64,000 nucleotides of DNA from an uncultured archaeon (GTDB lineage Archaea > Asgardarchaeota > Heimdallarchaeia > Heimdallarchaeales > Heimdallarchaeaceae): NCBI GenBank assembly GCA_964534625.1, contig CAZHRF010000010.1, positions 12,004-76,003 of the forward strand, written 5' to 3'. Below, one piece after another: positions 8,835 to 18,216 of this stretch. The notes under the pieces are model-generated. The model worked only from the letters and a program-made list of their open reading frames with translations. It was not told where the DNA came from and ran no database searches. Numbering within the stretch: the first letter of the stretch is position 1; each line of letters starts with the position of its first letter. Both the position numbers and the translations under genes were made by a program.

Positions 8835-11014
8835 TGGATAATGAGAGTACACAATTCCAGAAAAACACTAAAAAAGAAGAATCCTTTGTACCATTAGACA
8901 TTATTCTCAGTAGAGACTTGATATTTATGGAATGGGGGGTTAGATTTGGTTCACAGATTTTAGGATTAATATTAGGCATCGTATTAGGATACATTTTTGG
9001 CATTAATATGTGGATGGGAATGACGGGAGAATCTGAGGCATTAAAAACTTATGCTATTATTGAAATAGCTATAGGGCTGTGTTTTATCGGCTTTTCCATA
9101 TATTATACACAAAAAATGGGTGTAAAAATTAATTTCAAAAAAGACTTGGCTCACAATAAGTTATATATTCTCAAAATCTTATTATTTTCTTTATCGTGGA
9201 TACTTGGTCTTTCATTTATTTACAATTCATATGTTGCTCCATGGGCAACAAAAGTTTCTGGTGCTGATGATTCTCAAACAGGTAATGGAGGAGAAAATGC
9301 AGACTTTGAAATTGACTTAGGGTCCACAAATGATTTTCTATTATATGTTTTTGCCATTTTCATTGTTGTAGCTTTGACTGCCATTCTATATGCAGGATTA
9401 TTATATGGAATAAATAAAAAAATAAAAACGCAAAACGGTGTTGCTGTACTGCTACCAACGATTCTACTTACATTTCTATTTCTTTCCCCACCACTACTGC
9501 CTTCTGCCTTCTTAGATTACTTATTTACTGAAAAATTTCCGATTTTTTTCATGCAGCTTATATTCTTTTTTTTACTTGCATTTATAGCTATGCTCAGTTA
9601 TCACCTAAGTGGTAGAATTGAAATTGCAATAATTACAACCTTTTTAGCTTTTTCCCTAAATTATGGTTCTCCATCTACTTTACTTAATGCTGCTATTATT
9701 ATAAAATGGGGTTTCCCTAATTATAGTGACGGTGTTACGACAATTCAAGACGTCATATTTCGAACTATAGATTATAGCCAAATAGTGGGTTTATTTGGAA
9801 TGATTGTGTTTCCGATAATCTTCTATCAAGATACAATTAATTTTGGAAAGAGAGCATTAGAAACTGTCAAAAAACAATTACTCCCTATCACAGTCTTTTT
9901 TATCGCCAATTTCGTCATTGAAATTATTATATCATTTCTTGCCAATCTCTTATCTTTCTTTTTCTATTTAATAGCTTTTATAATTATAGTCTCTGTAGTC
10001 AACTCAATCATTTCATCTAAATATGGTAAAAAAAGTTATACTGCGCTTTTACAAACATTAGAATCTGCAGTAAAAATTAATGAACCTCTTATCCCTTCAT
10101 TTGATAAACGCATTGAATTGCTTGAGACTAATGAAAGTAAAAAAGAAAAAACCTTCCTGATTTTGAACACATTATTATCTGTAGTTGTTTATTTTGTACT
10201 CGTGTACATTACAACTGCAATAACAAATCAAAACAGCCTTTGGGAAGTTTTATTTTTCATCTTTATTCTCCCTTTAGCAATTGCTTTCTCTAGTTTTGCT
10301 ACGACTTTTTTCTTTAAAAGGGATCCGTTAATCAAAAATTATTACTCATATCCTGTAAAAGCAGTATCAATTGCTTCATTAATCGTTTTTTATATCGTGA
10401 GTTTTAATCGTTTAGTCTATACAAATGTTGGATTATTTCCTCTTTTTGCTTTATTTTTTGGAGTTTTAATATATATTCCAATCAAAACAAGAAAAAGCAT
10501 AGGCGAACTAATTTTGTATCTAGCAAGCGAAGAAAGGGCGAGAACCATAAAGAAACTAGACATGAAAGAAAAGAAAGAATTAAATTTAGTCGAAGAAAAA
10601 TTATATGAAACACCAATATTTTTACAATCAATTTTAGTTATTCTTTTATCTAAAAAAGGGAGTTCTGCAGAATTATTGACTGTTTTGGATACATTGTTGA
10701 AGAGCTCTTTTGAAACAAATAGAGCTATCGCAAGTTTATGCTTACTTTACTTGAACAATCAAGAATCAAGAGATCGTTTAATTGATCTATTGGAAAATGA
10801 TAAAGAAAATCAAGTCCGAGAAAGTATTGCCTATGGGTTCAGGTATACCAAGCATAGACTCGATGAAGAGTTGTTTAAGCGATTAATTGATTCTCAGCAT
10901 TATGAAGAAAATCCACAAGTTCTAGAAACTTTAAAAGAGACAATAGGCATTTTAGAACAACGTTTTGCACGTAATAAAGAAGAAAAAGAATTGGAAGAAA
11001 TTTTTATTGATTAA
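8834..11014 (+). CDS. Polytopic membrane protein with C-terminal HEAT-repeat-like domain
   Basis: About 13 hydrophobic helices; C-terminal LIDLLENDKENQVRESIAYGF HEAT-like motif; TAATG overlap with the upstream gene. Confidence 0.75.
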   Translation: MDNESTQFQKNTKKEESFVPLDIILSRDLIFMEWGVRFGSQILGLILGIVLGYIFGINMWMGMTGESEALKTYAIIEIAIGLCFIGFSIYYTQKMGVKINFKKDLAHNKLYILKILLFSLSWILGLSFIYNSYVAPWATKVSGADDSQTGNGGENADFEIDLGSTNDFLLYVFAIFIVVALTAILYAGLLYGINKKIKTQNGVAVLLPTILLTFLFLSPPLLPSAFLDYLFTEKFPIFFMQLIFFFLLAFIAMLSYHLSGRIEIAIITTFLAFSLNYGSPSTLLNAAIIIKWGFPNYSDGVTTIQDVIFRTIDYSQIVGLFGMIVFPIIFYQDTINFGKRALETVKKQLLPITVFFIANFVIEIIISFLANLLSFFFYLIAFIIIVSVVNSIISSKYGKKSYTALLQTLESAVKINEPLIPSFDKRIELLETNESKKEKTFLILNTLLSVVVYFVLVYITTAITNQNSLWEVLFFIFILPLAIAFSSFATTFFFKRDPLIKNYYSYPVKAVSIASLIVFYIVSFNRLVYTNVGLFPLFALFFGVLIYIPIKTRKSIGELILYLASEERARTIKKLDMKEKKELNLVEEKLYETPIFLQSILVILLSKKGSSAELLTVLDTLLKSSFETNRAIASLCLLYLNNQESRDRLIDLLENDKENQVRESIAYGFRYTKHRLDEELFKRLIDSQHYEENPQVLETLKETIGILEQRFARNKEEKELEEIFID

Positions 11015-11024
11015 ATGGATTTAT

Positions 11025-11717
11025 TCATTCTTTTAAAATGATCCGTGCATCGACAGGAAACAGTCCGTCCTCATTTGCGATAATTGGATTGATATCCATT
11101 TCACCTATATAATCCTTATATTCCCAAGCAAGTTTTGACAGCTGTTCGACTAATCTGGCTAACCCGTTACGGTCAACTTTTGGCATTCCTCTAAATCCAT
11201 TTAGAAGATTTTGCGTTTTAATCTCATCAATTGCTGACAATGCATTGTCCTTTGATGTAGGACACATTCTAAATACTACATCCTTCAAGGCCTCAACGAA
11301 TATTCCACCGGGCCCTACAAGTATTACAGGTCCAAATGTTTTATCAATCTGTGTTCCTACAATGAGTTCTATTCCTGGTTTAACCATTTTTTCGACTAAA
11401 ACACCAGCAACATCAACATCTGAGAATCGTTTCATAAAATCTTGATATATCGCTTGAACTTTTTCTTCAGTATCTAACCCTACAACAACTGCACCCATAT
11501 CAGTTTTATGTAATACTTGTGGTGACATTAACTTCATTACCACAGGTAATCCAAATTCATTAGCTGTTTTTAGTGCATCAGCTTCTGTACTAACTATTTT
11601 AGAAGGAGGGATATTTACACCTATTTTTTTTAGAATTGTTTTAGCCTCATGTTCTAAAAGAGCGGTTCGTCCATCTTCTTTAATCTTTTCAAATATTTCT
11701 TGTATTTCATTAGTCAT
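11025..11717 (-). CDS. acdB: ADP-forming acetate/acyl-CoA ligase beta subunit (ATP-grasp)
   Basis: LLEHEAK, PVVMKLMSPQVLHKTDMGAV, FGPVILVG, EMDINP, DARI. Confidence 0.92.
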   Translation of the reverse strand: MTNEIQEIFEKIKEDGRTALLEHEAKTILKKIGVNIPPSKIVSTEADALKTANEFGLPVVMKLMSPQVLHKTDMGAVVVGLDTEEKVQAIYQDFMKRFSDVDVAGVLVEKMVKPGIELIVGTQIDKTFGPVILVGPGGIFVEALKDVVFRMCPTSKDNALSAIDEIKTQNLLNGFRGMPKVDRNGLARLVEQLSKLAWEYKDYIGEMDINPIIANEDGLFPVDARIILKE

Positions 11718-11728
11718 TCTTAAACCTC

Positions 11729-13150
11729 CTAATAAGCCTCTGGTTTTTCTCCATGTTTTTTAAGATATTTAGCATAGTCAGTAAGCATTCCTATTGCTTT
11801 TACTGCTCGTCCTGGGCTACGAAAAACGGGTATGTCTTCTGATAGTAATTTATTGAACGCATAATCAGCTTCACCTCCACCAATTAAGGCGGTTACAAAG
11901 GGTTTTTTACCTCTTTTGGCAAGATCACGAGTTACGTCAATATACTCATTTATATCTAATCCAGGAATACATGGAATACAAATATTTACAACACTATCAA
12001 CAGATGCATCATTATAAGCAGCTTCTAGCGCCTTATAATAATCGTCAGCATTTGCACTTCCTGTAATGTCAATAGGATTTGTTGTAGCATAAAAGATAGG
12101 AAATATTTCATCTAAATGAGCTTGAACGTCAGGTGAAAAGGTAGCCAAGCTAAGATTGCAATCTGAAACCATGTCTGAAGCCATTACTCCTGCACCACCA
12201 CCATCGGTTATAATTGCCACATTATCTCCTTTAGGTAATGGTTGTGTTGCAAATGTTAGAACACAATCCTCAAGCTCATCCCACGTAATCACTCGAATCA
12301 TTCCTGCTTCAGTTAATAAATCGTCAACAATTGCATTATCAGACGACAATGCTGCGGTGTGAGAGGCTCCAGCTTTTGCACCTGCCTCAGTTCTATTCGC
12401 TTTTATACCCATAATTGGCTTTTTCAGAGAAACTTCTTTAGCCAAATTCATAAATTTCCTGCCATTTTTAAAATCTTCAATGTAAATAAGTACCATCTTA
12501 GTATCAGGATCATGACCTATATACTCAATACAATCAGCTTCATTGATATCAGATGCATTACCATATGAAATGAATTTAGATACCCATTTACCTGTTCCTA
12601 ATCGGGATAATTGATCGATAAAAGCTGCACCAAAAGCACCTGATTGGGTGGATATTGAGACTTTACCAGGCTTGGGTCTTTTTAGTTTATTTTCAGGTAG
12701 AAACATAGTGTCATAACCTAATGAAGGGGCATATAAACCTAAACAATTTGGCCCTACAACATTTATGTTATATTCTTCCATGTAATTATACATTTGTTGC
12801 TGTAATTTAACACCTTCTTCACCTATTTCACTAAAACCACCAGTAGTTACAATTACATTCTTTATGCCTTTTTTTCCACATTGTTCCATTGTTTGTGGAG
12901 CATATTTGGCTGGAACAATAATAATAGCTACATCAATTTGATCTTCAATATCCAAAACCGATTTGTGGAGAGTATACATAGTACCAGCAAATTCATGTTC
13001 TCCTCCTTTTGGGTTAACAAGATATAATTTACCAGGAAAGTTCTTTGCAAAATTTTCTGCAACTACTCCACCAGGTTTTTGGGGGTTTGTTGAAGCACCG
13101 ATCACACAAAATGATTCAGCATCAAAGAATTTTTTCAATTTTGATGTCAT
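11729..13150 (-). CDS. acdA: ADP-forming acetate/acyl-CoA ligase alpha subunit
   Basis: VIGAS, GPNCLG, TQSGAFG, phospho-His motif ASHTAAL, NPIDITG. Confidence 0.92.
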   Translation of the reverse strand: MTSKLKKFFDAESFCVIGASTNPQKPGGVVAENFAKNFPGKLYLVNPKGGEHEFAGTMYTLHKSVLDIEDQIDVAIIIVPAKYAPQTMEQCGKKGIKNVIVTTGGFSEIGEEGVKLQQQMYNYMEEYNINVVGPNCLGLYAPSLGYDTMFLPENKLKRPKPGKVSISTQSGAFGAAFIDQLSRLGTGKWVSKFISYGNASDINEADCIEYIGHDPDTKMVLIYIEDFKNGRKFMNLAKEVSLKKPIMGIKANRTEAGAKAGASHTAALSSDNAIVDDLLTEAGMIRVITWDELEDCVLTFATQPLPKGDNVAIITDGGGAGVMASDMVSDCNLSLATFSPDVQAHLDEIFPIFYATTNPIDITGSANADDYYKALEAAYNDASVDSVVNICIPCIPGLDINEYIDVTRDLAKRGKKPFVTALIGGGEADYAFNKLLSEDIPVFRSPGRAVKAIGMLTDYAKYLKKHGEKPEAY

Positions 13151-13360
13151 AGTTAATCGTATCCAATTTCATAGTTTAAATTAAAAATTTTTGCACACAT
13201 ACCTATAAATTAAGAGATAGAAAAAAAGCGGTTAAAATCCTTTGAACAATAATTTACAACCGAAAACCAATTAAACATTTAATGAATCTAATACCATTTT
13301 ACATAAAAATACAGTTTACCTATGACCAAAAGATATATAGTCAGAAGTACAAATTAAATT

Positions 13361-13894
13361 ATGGCTAGAAATCGTATACTATTTGACATATTAGCTTTTA
13401 TTTGTGGGATAGCTACAATTATGCTTATCGTTTTTTTGATACGGGATAGCAATAACTTTTTAGGCCTTTTAGGAGTATTGACGGGCGGATTTGTTATGGG
13501 TTTTATAGCCTATAATAATGATGGAATCAAAATAGCTCTTTTTACAGGATTAGGTGTTTTTATTTTTGGTTTAATTACGGGTATTTTAATTATAACTGGT
13601 GTTTTGGGAGAAATGACGACGGCAGAAGGTTTACAAGGAATAGTAAATGCTATAGTTGGACCAATTATAATAATAATAGCACTTATACTTATACTTCTAT
13701 CAGGTGTTATTGGAGCCATTCTCGCAATAGGTGCAGCTATTGGCGGCGCAATTGGTCAAAATATTTGGGATGATAACAAAGGAGAAGAAAAAGTCACAGA
13801 ATATCAACAAGTAAGCAATGTATGCCAATCATGTGGTGCAAAAAATCCCCCAGATAACACCTACTGTAAGGATTGTGGTAGGAAATTGAGATAA
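13361..13894 (+). CDS. Membrane protein with C-terminal zinc ribbon
   Basis: Four Gly-rich TM helices followed by CQSCG...YCKDCG. Confidence 0.8.
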   Translation: MARNRILFDILAFICGIATIMLIVFLIRDSNNFLGLLGVLTGGFVMGFIAYNNDGIKIALFTGLGVFIFGLITGILIITGVLGEMTTAEGLQGIVNAIVGPIIIIIALILILLSGVIGAILAIGAAIGGAIGQNIWDDNKGEEKVTEYQQVSNVCQSCGAKNPPDNTYCKDCGRKLR

Positions 13895-13950
13895 AACAAT
13901 CCAAAAGCATATGAATAACTTTTTTATCACTCTTCTTTTTTATTATTTAT

Positions 13951-15126
13951 ATGAGCAAAATACCCCTATATTGGCATACTCCATATAAGCGTGAGATTAT
14001 AACAAAAATAAAAAAAATAATAGAAAATAAAATTGAATTTGAAAAAACTATTTTCTATCCTGGCGGAGGCGGGCAACCTTGTGACACAGGTTTGATGGTT
14101 TACAATGATAATTTATACACTATAAACAATGTCATTTGCGAAAATGGATCAATTTGGCATTTTTTTAATACAAAAGCGCTAACTGAACTTCACCAAGGTC
14201 AAGAAGTCTTACTAAAACTAGATTGGGAAAGACGTTATGCTTTGATGAAAGCCCATACCGCACAGCATTTGGTTTCATATTCTCTTCATTCTCTTCATAA
14301 TAGTACTACTCTGAAAGCTACTTTTGAACCGGGTAAAATAGAGATAGAAATTGATAAAGAATTGACCATCGAAGAGATTTTGCAAGCCTTAGATAAAACA
14401 AATCGTAAAATCATAGAAGGAGGGACAGTAAAGTCTGAAATTGTATCCAAAAATACGTTTACAAAAGAATATAGTCCCAAGGTTCGAGGAAATTGTGAGG
14501 TGAACAATCACAATATCAGAATTATCATCATAGATGATTTCGATATAGTTTGTTGTGGAGGTACTCATATTAATGATTTAAATGAGATCAAAGGGATATT
14601 TTTAGATGAGTTTAAACATCACAAGCTTAAACTATATGTGGGTCTTGTAGAAAGCGAGACAATAAATGATAAATTGGCAAGTCTCCAAAAATTAGAAGAG
14701 ATTACAACAAAGAGAGAGAATAAACTCATTGAGTTTGTCAAAAACAAAATGCTTGAAAATGAAAAACTTGAAATCAGCGAAAGTGATCTTTTAGGATATA
14801 TATTTACGCACATAGATGCCCATACAAAAATGCTTGCTGGTGTTCCTTTTAATCACATTCATTTGCCTTATATTGGGAGAAAAACCATACAAAAAAACCT
14901 GAGAGAAATAAGTATTCCACTTTTTCTCTCCATCTTAGGAGAAGATTCTACATTATACCTTATTTCTAATATTGAAGAAGTACATGCAAACAAAATAGCC
15001 CAAAAATTTATTGAAACAACGAACTCTAAAGGAGGAGGCAATAAAAACTTTGCACAGATTGCATTACAGAACCTTGAAACGCTTGATGTAGAAAAATTAG
15101 TGAAAGAATTGATTGAAACTCATTAA
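13951..15126 (+). CDS. alaX: AlaX-type alanyl-tRNA editing protein with DHHA1 C-terminal domain
   Basis: TIFYPGGGGQPCDTG, HTAQH, CCGGTH zinc ligands, KGGGNKNFAQ. Confidence 0.88.
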   Translation: MSKIPLYWHTPYKREIITKIKKIIENKIEFEKTIFYPGGGGQPCDTGLMVYNDNLYTINNVICENGSIWHFFNTKALTELHQGQEVLLKLDWERRYALMKAHTAQHLVSYSLHSLHNSTTLKATFEPGKIEIEIDKELTIEEILQALDKTNRKIIEGGTVKSEIVSKNTFTKEYSPKVRGNCEVNNHNIRIIIIDDFDIVCCGGTHINDLNEIKGIFLDEFKHHKLKLYVGLVESETINDKLASLQKLEEITTKRENKLIEFVKNKMLENEKLEISESDLLGYIFTHIDAHTKMLAGVPFNHIHLPYIGRKTIQKNLREISIPLFLSILGEDSTLYLISNIEEVHANKIAQKFIETTNSKGGGNKNFAQIALQNLETLDVEKLVKELIETH

Positions 15127-15130
15127 TTAC

Positions 15131-16120
15131 TTACCAATAACTATCACTTTTTGCTGTCCAAGTATAAGTCAATGGCTTCGTTTTTTTATTTACTTGTACT
15201 TTATTTTCATCCATTAATTTTTTGATATGTGCTTTCATATTAGCTTCAGACGCTATCCCCACATAAGGATGGTACCAGATCATCCCTATCGATTGCTCTG
15301 TACGTTCTGCAATTTCGTCTAATGAAAGATATTTTTTTTCACTCATCACATCTTCTATCGCTATTTCTGTCTCTCTAAATCCCCTTATCACATCATCAAT
15401 ATATGCATAGATATACTTATCTTGTTGAAACGTATCGTGTGCTGGACATAAATAAGACATTTTCGCCTTTTCAAGAAATTGGATGTTTTTCAACCAACTC
15501 TTATAATTTCCTGAGTTATCAATAAGATAACTATAAGGTATAGCAGGATACATATTTAATGCGTCACCACAAAACATTGTTCTATTGCCAGTATAGAAAT
15601 ACATGGTATGTCCTTTACAATGTCCATCAAAATTTATGGCCATAATTGAAGACGAACCCAATTTGAATTTATGTCCATCCTTGAATAAAATTTCTGGTTC
15701 TATACTATCCATCTTATCAAATGGATCTCTTTTAATTGCAAAATATAACCGTTCTTTTCTTCCAAAGTTGAAATTTTCTGTTTTTAAGTAATCATTTGGA
15801 GCCTTTACGACTTCTTTGCACTTTTCATTTATTGCAACTTTTGCTTTTGGAAATTTTTTCTTAAAATTTATTATATCACCGGCAGTATCAGGATGATAAT
15901 GGGTTAAAAGAATATATTTGACATCTTTTAGGTCTTTACCCTTATCATATATTGCTTGTTCAATTTGTGAGGGTAAACCTTGAGAACGATTACCAGTATC
16001 AATAATGGCCAATTCATCCTTACCAACTAAATACCCTTTATTATGTTCTCCTCCATCACCAAACTTTGAACTGATAACAATTAGATGATCATCAACTATA
16101 TTAATTGCATCGCTTATCAT
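15131..16120 (-). CDS. MBL-fold metallo-hydrolase with variant metal motif
   Basis: IIDTG, THYHPDT (HxHxDH variant), GHCKGH, FCGDA, CPAH. Confidence 0.85.
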   Translation of the reverse strand: MISDAINIVDDHLIVISSKFGDGGEHNKGYLVGKDELAIIDTGNRSQGLPSQIEQAIYDKGKDLKDVKYILLTHYHPDTAGDIINFKKKFPKAKVAINEKCKEVVKAPNDYLKTENFNFGRKERLYFAIKRDPFDKMDSIEPEILFKDGHKFKLGSSSIMAINFDGHCKGHTMYFYTGNRTMFCGDALNMYPAIPYSYLIDNSGNYKSWLKNIQFLEKAKMSYLCPAHDTFQQDKYIYAYIDDVIRGFRETEIAIEDVMSEKKYLSLDEIAERTEQSIGMIWYHPYVGIASEANMKAHIKKLMDENKVQVNKKTKPLTYTWTAKSDSYW

Positions 16121-16134
16121 TTAATTCACCAAAA

Positions 16135-16959
16135 TTATTTAGCCTCTGCAAGTATATTGGCTACTGTACGTGAAACTTCTTTCATTTTCTTAATTTTTGA
16201 GGACTTCTCTTCTTTTTCTTTTTGATATTCTGTCTCCGATAACTCACCAGTTTGATATTGAACATAGAGAACTTCCAATTTCTTTTGCAATTTCTTTAAT
16301 TTTCGTTCTAAAGCATCAAATGTCTTGCGCATTTTAACAAGTTCCAAATTAAGTTTTTCTTCCAAACGGTTGACGCTCTTTTCATATTTTGTTTCCATTT
16401 CTGTGAAAGTCGCACGACTAACTGACTTATCACGTTTAAGGGTGTTGAGTTTTTCTAGTTTAAGTCGTTCCATATTACGATCTTCAATGATTTCCTCTAT
16501 AGGTAAAATCGCCTCGAAGTCATCAAAATCTTTTTCTTTTTCTTTAATCGTGGTAACTTCTTTTTTTAACTCTTTAATACGTGGTAATGCTTCTCCACGG
16601 GGTATCAATTTATTCTGCAATCTGTCAAGGAGTTTGCTAATTTCTGTATTGACTTCTTTCTTACGTTTGAGTAATTCATTATACTCTTTCCTTTTGAGTA
16701 TAACATCTGAAATTCTAGCAACTAATTCATCATCAGTAAGTTCTTTCTTTTCTTCCTCTGGTTCTTCCTTTTCTTCCTCTGGTTCTTCTATTTTTTCTTG
16801 TAAAGGCTCATATATGACACCAGTAGGAGACGAAGGATCTTCTTTAACTAGCTCTTCAATTTTTTCATCTTCAGTTTCTTGTTCTAAACGTGCACCGCAT
16901 CTACGGCAAAAATTCCAATGGGATTGTACTGGATTGCGACAAAAAGGACATTCATTCAT
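16135..16959 (-). CDS. Zinc-ribbon plus long coiled-coil protein, CdvA-like C-terminus
   Basis: CPFC...FCRRCG, acidic linker, coiled coils, LEVLYVQYQTGELSETEYQK motif. Confidence 0.7.
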   Translation of the reverse strand: MNECPFCRNPVQSHWNFCRRCGARLEQETEDEKIEELVKEDPSSPTGVIYEPLQEKIEEPEEEKEEPEEEKKELTDDELVARISDVILKRKEYNELLKRKKEVNTEISKLLDRLQNKLIPRGEALPRIKELKKEVTTIKEKEKDFDDFEAILPIEEIIEDRNMERLKLEKLNTLKRDKSVSRATFTEMETKYEKSVNRLEEKLNLELVKMRKTFDALERKLKKLQKKLEVLYVQYQTGELSETEYQKEKEEKSSKIKKMKEVSRTVANILAEAK

Positions 16960-17116
16960 TTTTTACACCTACCAATTTTATTAATACTACTCTTTAAACT
17001 CAAAGTATAATTGTATATTGTGGTTCATAAAGATAACTATATAGTTTTTGCTCTTGCTTGAATATAAATTTCAATATGGAGTAAAATTCAAAAAAGGGGT
17101 AATGGTAAACGATTTA

Positions 17117-17674
17117 ATGAAAGCTGTTATTTGTTCAAAGAATCCCATCAAAATTAATGCTGTCAACCAAGCATTCTCTATGTATTTCTCAGACTTTGAC
17201 TTGATTTCAATAAAGATGCCTGCCAATAATCATGGTGAAATTCTCTCTCAACCTATGTCAAGAGAAGAAACAATTGAATCAGCAATCAATAGAACTACAT
17301 ATGCAAAAACCAAGGTTAATGGTGATCTCTATATAGCGTTAGAAGGAGGAATAGCCAAAGATTCACATGGAGCGTATCTAACAGGATATGTTTATATTAT
17401 TAATAAAGAAGGTAAAGACTCTCTCGCTGGTGGGTATCGTATGCCATTGCCCTTACATGTCTATAGCAAATTAGAAAAAAATCCAGATAAAGAATTAGGA
17501 GATATAATAGACCAATTATCAAATGATCACAATACAAAACAAAAAGGGGGAGCTGTTGCTCTTTTTACTAAAAATCAAATACAAAGAGAAGATGTTTTTA
17601 GGCAAGCGGTAATTTTTGCTTTGATTCCTTTCTTTTCTAAATATTGGGAAAAACAAAAGAAAAAACGATACTAG
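17117..17674 (+). CDS. yjjX: Inosine/xanthosine triphosphatase (YjjX/DUF84)
   Basis: SKNPIKINAV, QPMS..ETIESAINR, IALEGG, ELG, KQKGGAVALFT, REDVF. Confidence 0.88.
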   Translation: MKAVICSKNPIKINAVNQAFSMYFSDFDLISIKMPANNHGEILSQPMSREETIESAINRTTYAKTKVNGDLYIALEGGIAKDSHGAYLTGYVYIINKEGKDSLAGGYRMPLPLHVYSKLEKNPDKELGDIIDQLSNDHNTKQKGGAVALFTKNQIQREDVFRQAVIFALIPFFSKYWEKQKKKRY

Positions 17675-17875
17675 AAATCGAGAATAAATTATAAAGAGGG
17701 AGCTGCTCTTCTTTATATATTGAATAATTTAGAGGTGTTTCAATATAACTTAACTTAATAGATATCTTGCTTTCACAACAATTCTAAGTATCTTAAATCC
17801 TTTAAAGAAAGAAAAATAGACAAATAATAGCCTTTAAAAATGCATGACAAAGTATTTTCACAAGGTAGATACCAA

Positions 17876-18118
17876 ATGAAAGATGAAGTTGAACAAGTTT
17901 TAAATAAAATTCGCGTTGCACTCAGACAAGATGGTGGCGATATCGAATTAATAGATATCGATGAAGAAAGTGGTGTTGTAAAAGTACAATTGCAAGGAAC
18001 TTGTGCAGGTTGTCCATATTCGCAAATTACTTTAACAAATTATGTTGAAAAGAATCTTAAAGAACTTGTACCTGGTGTAACAAAAGTTGTAAATGAAAAT
18101 ACACAAATGTCCATCTAA
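17876..18118 (+). CDS. NifU C-terminal (Nfu) Fe-S carrier protein
   Basis: IRVALRQDGGDIEL...LQGTCAGCPYSQITL. Confidence 0.92.
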   Translation: MKDEVEQVLNKIRVALRQDGGDIELIDIDEESGVVKVQLQGTCAGCPYSQITLTNYVEKNLKELVPGVTKVVNENTQMSI

Positions 18119-18216
18119 CATAAAATCTTTTTTTCTTATTTTCAAGTTTTTTAAGGGAAATCTTTTTTATTATGATAGTTTATGAGTTTACAATATGAAT
18201 AGATGAGGAGTATCAA

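Noticed and set aside
16325-16984. 219-aa Ser-rich plus-strand ORF
   Set aside because: Antisense shadow of the Glu/Lys-rich coiled-coil gene.
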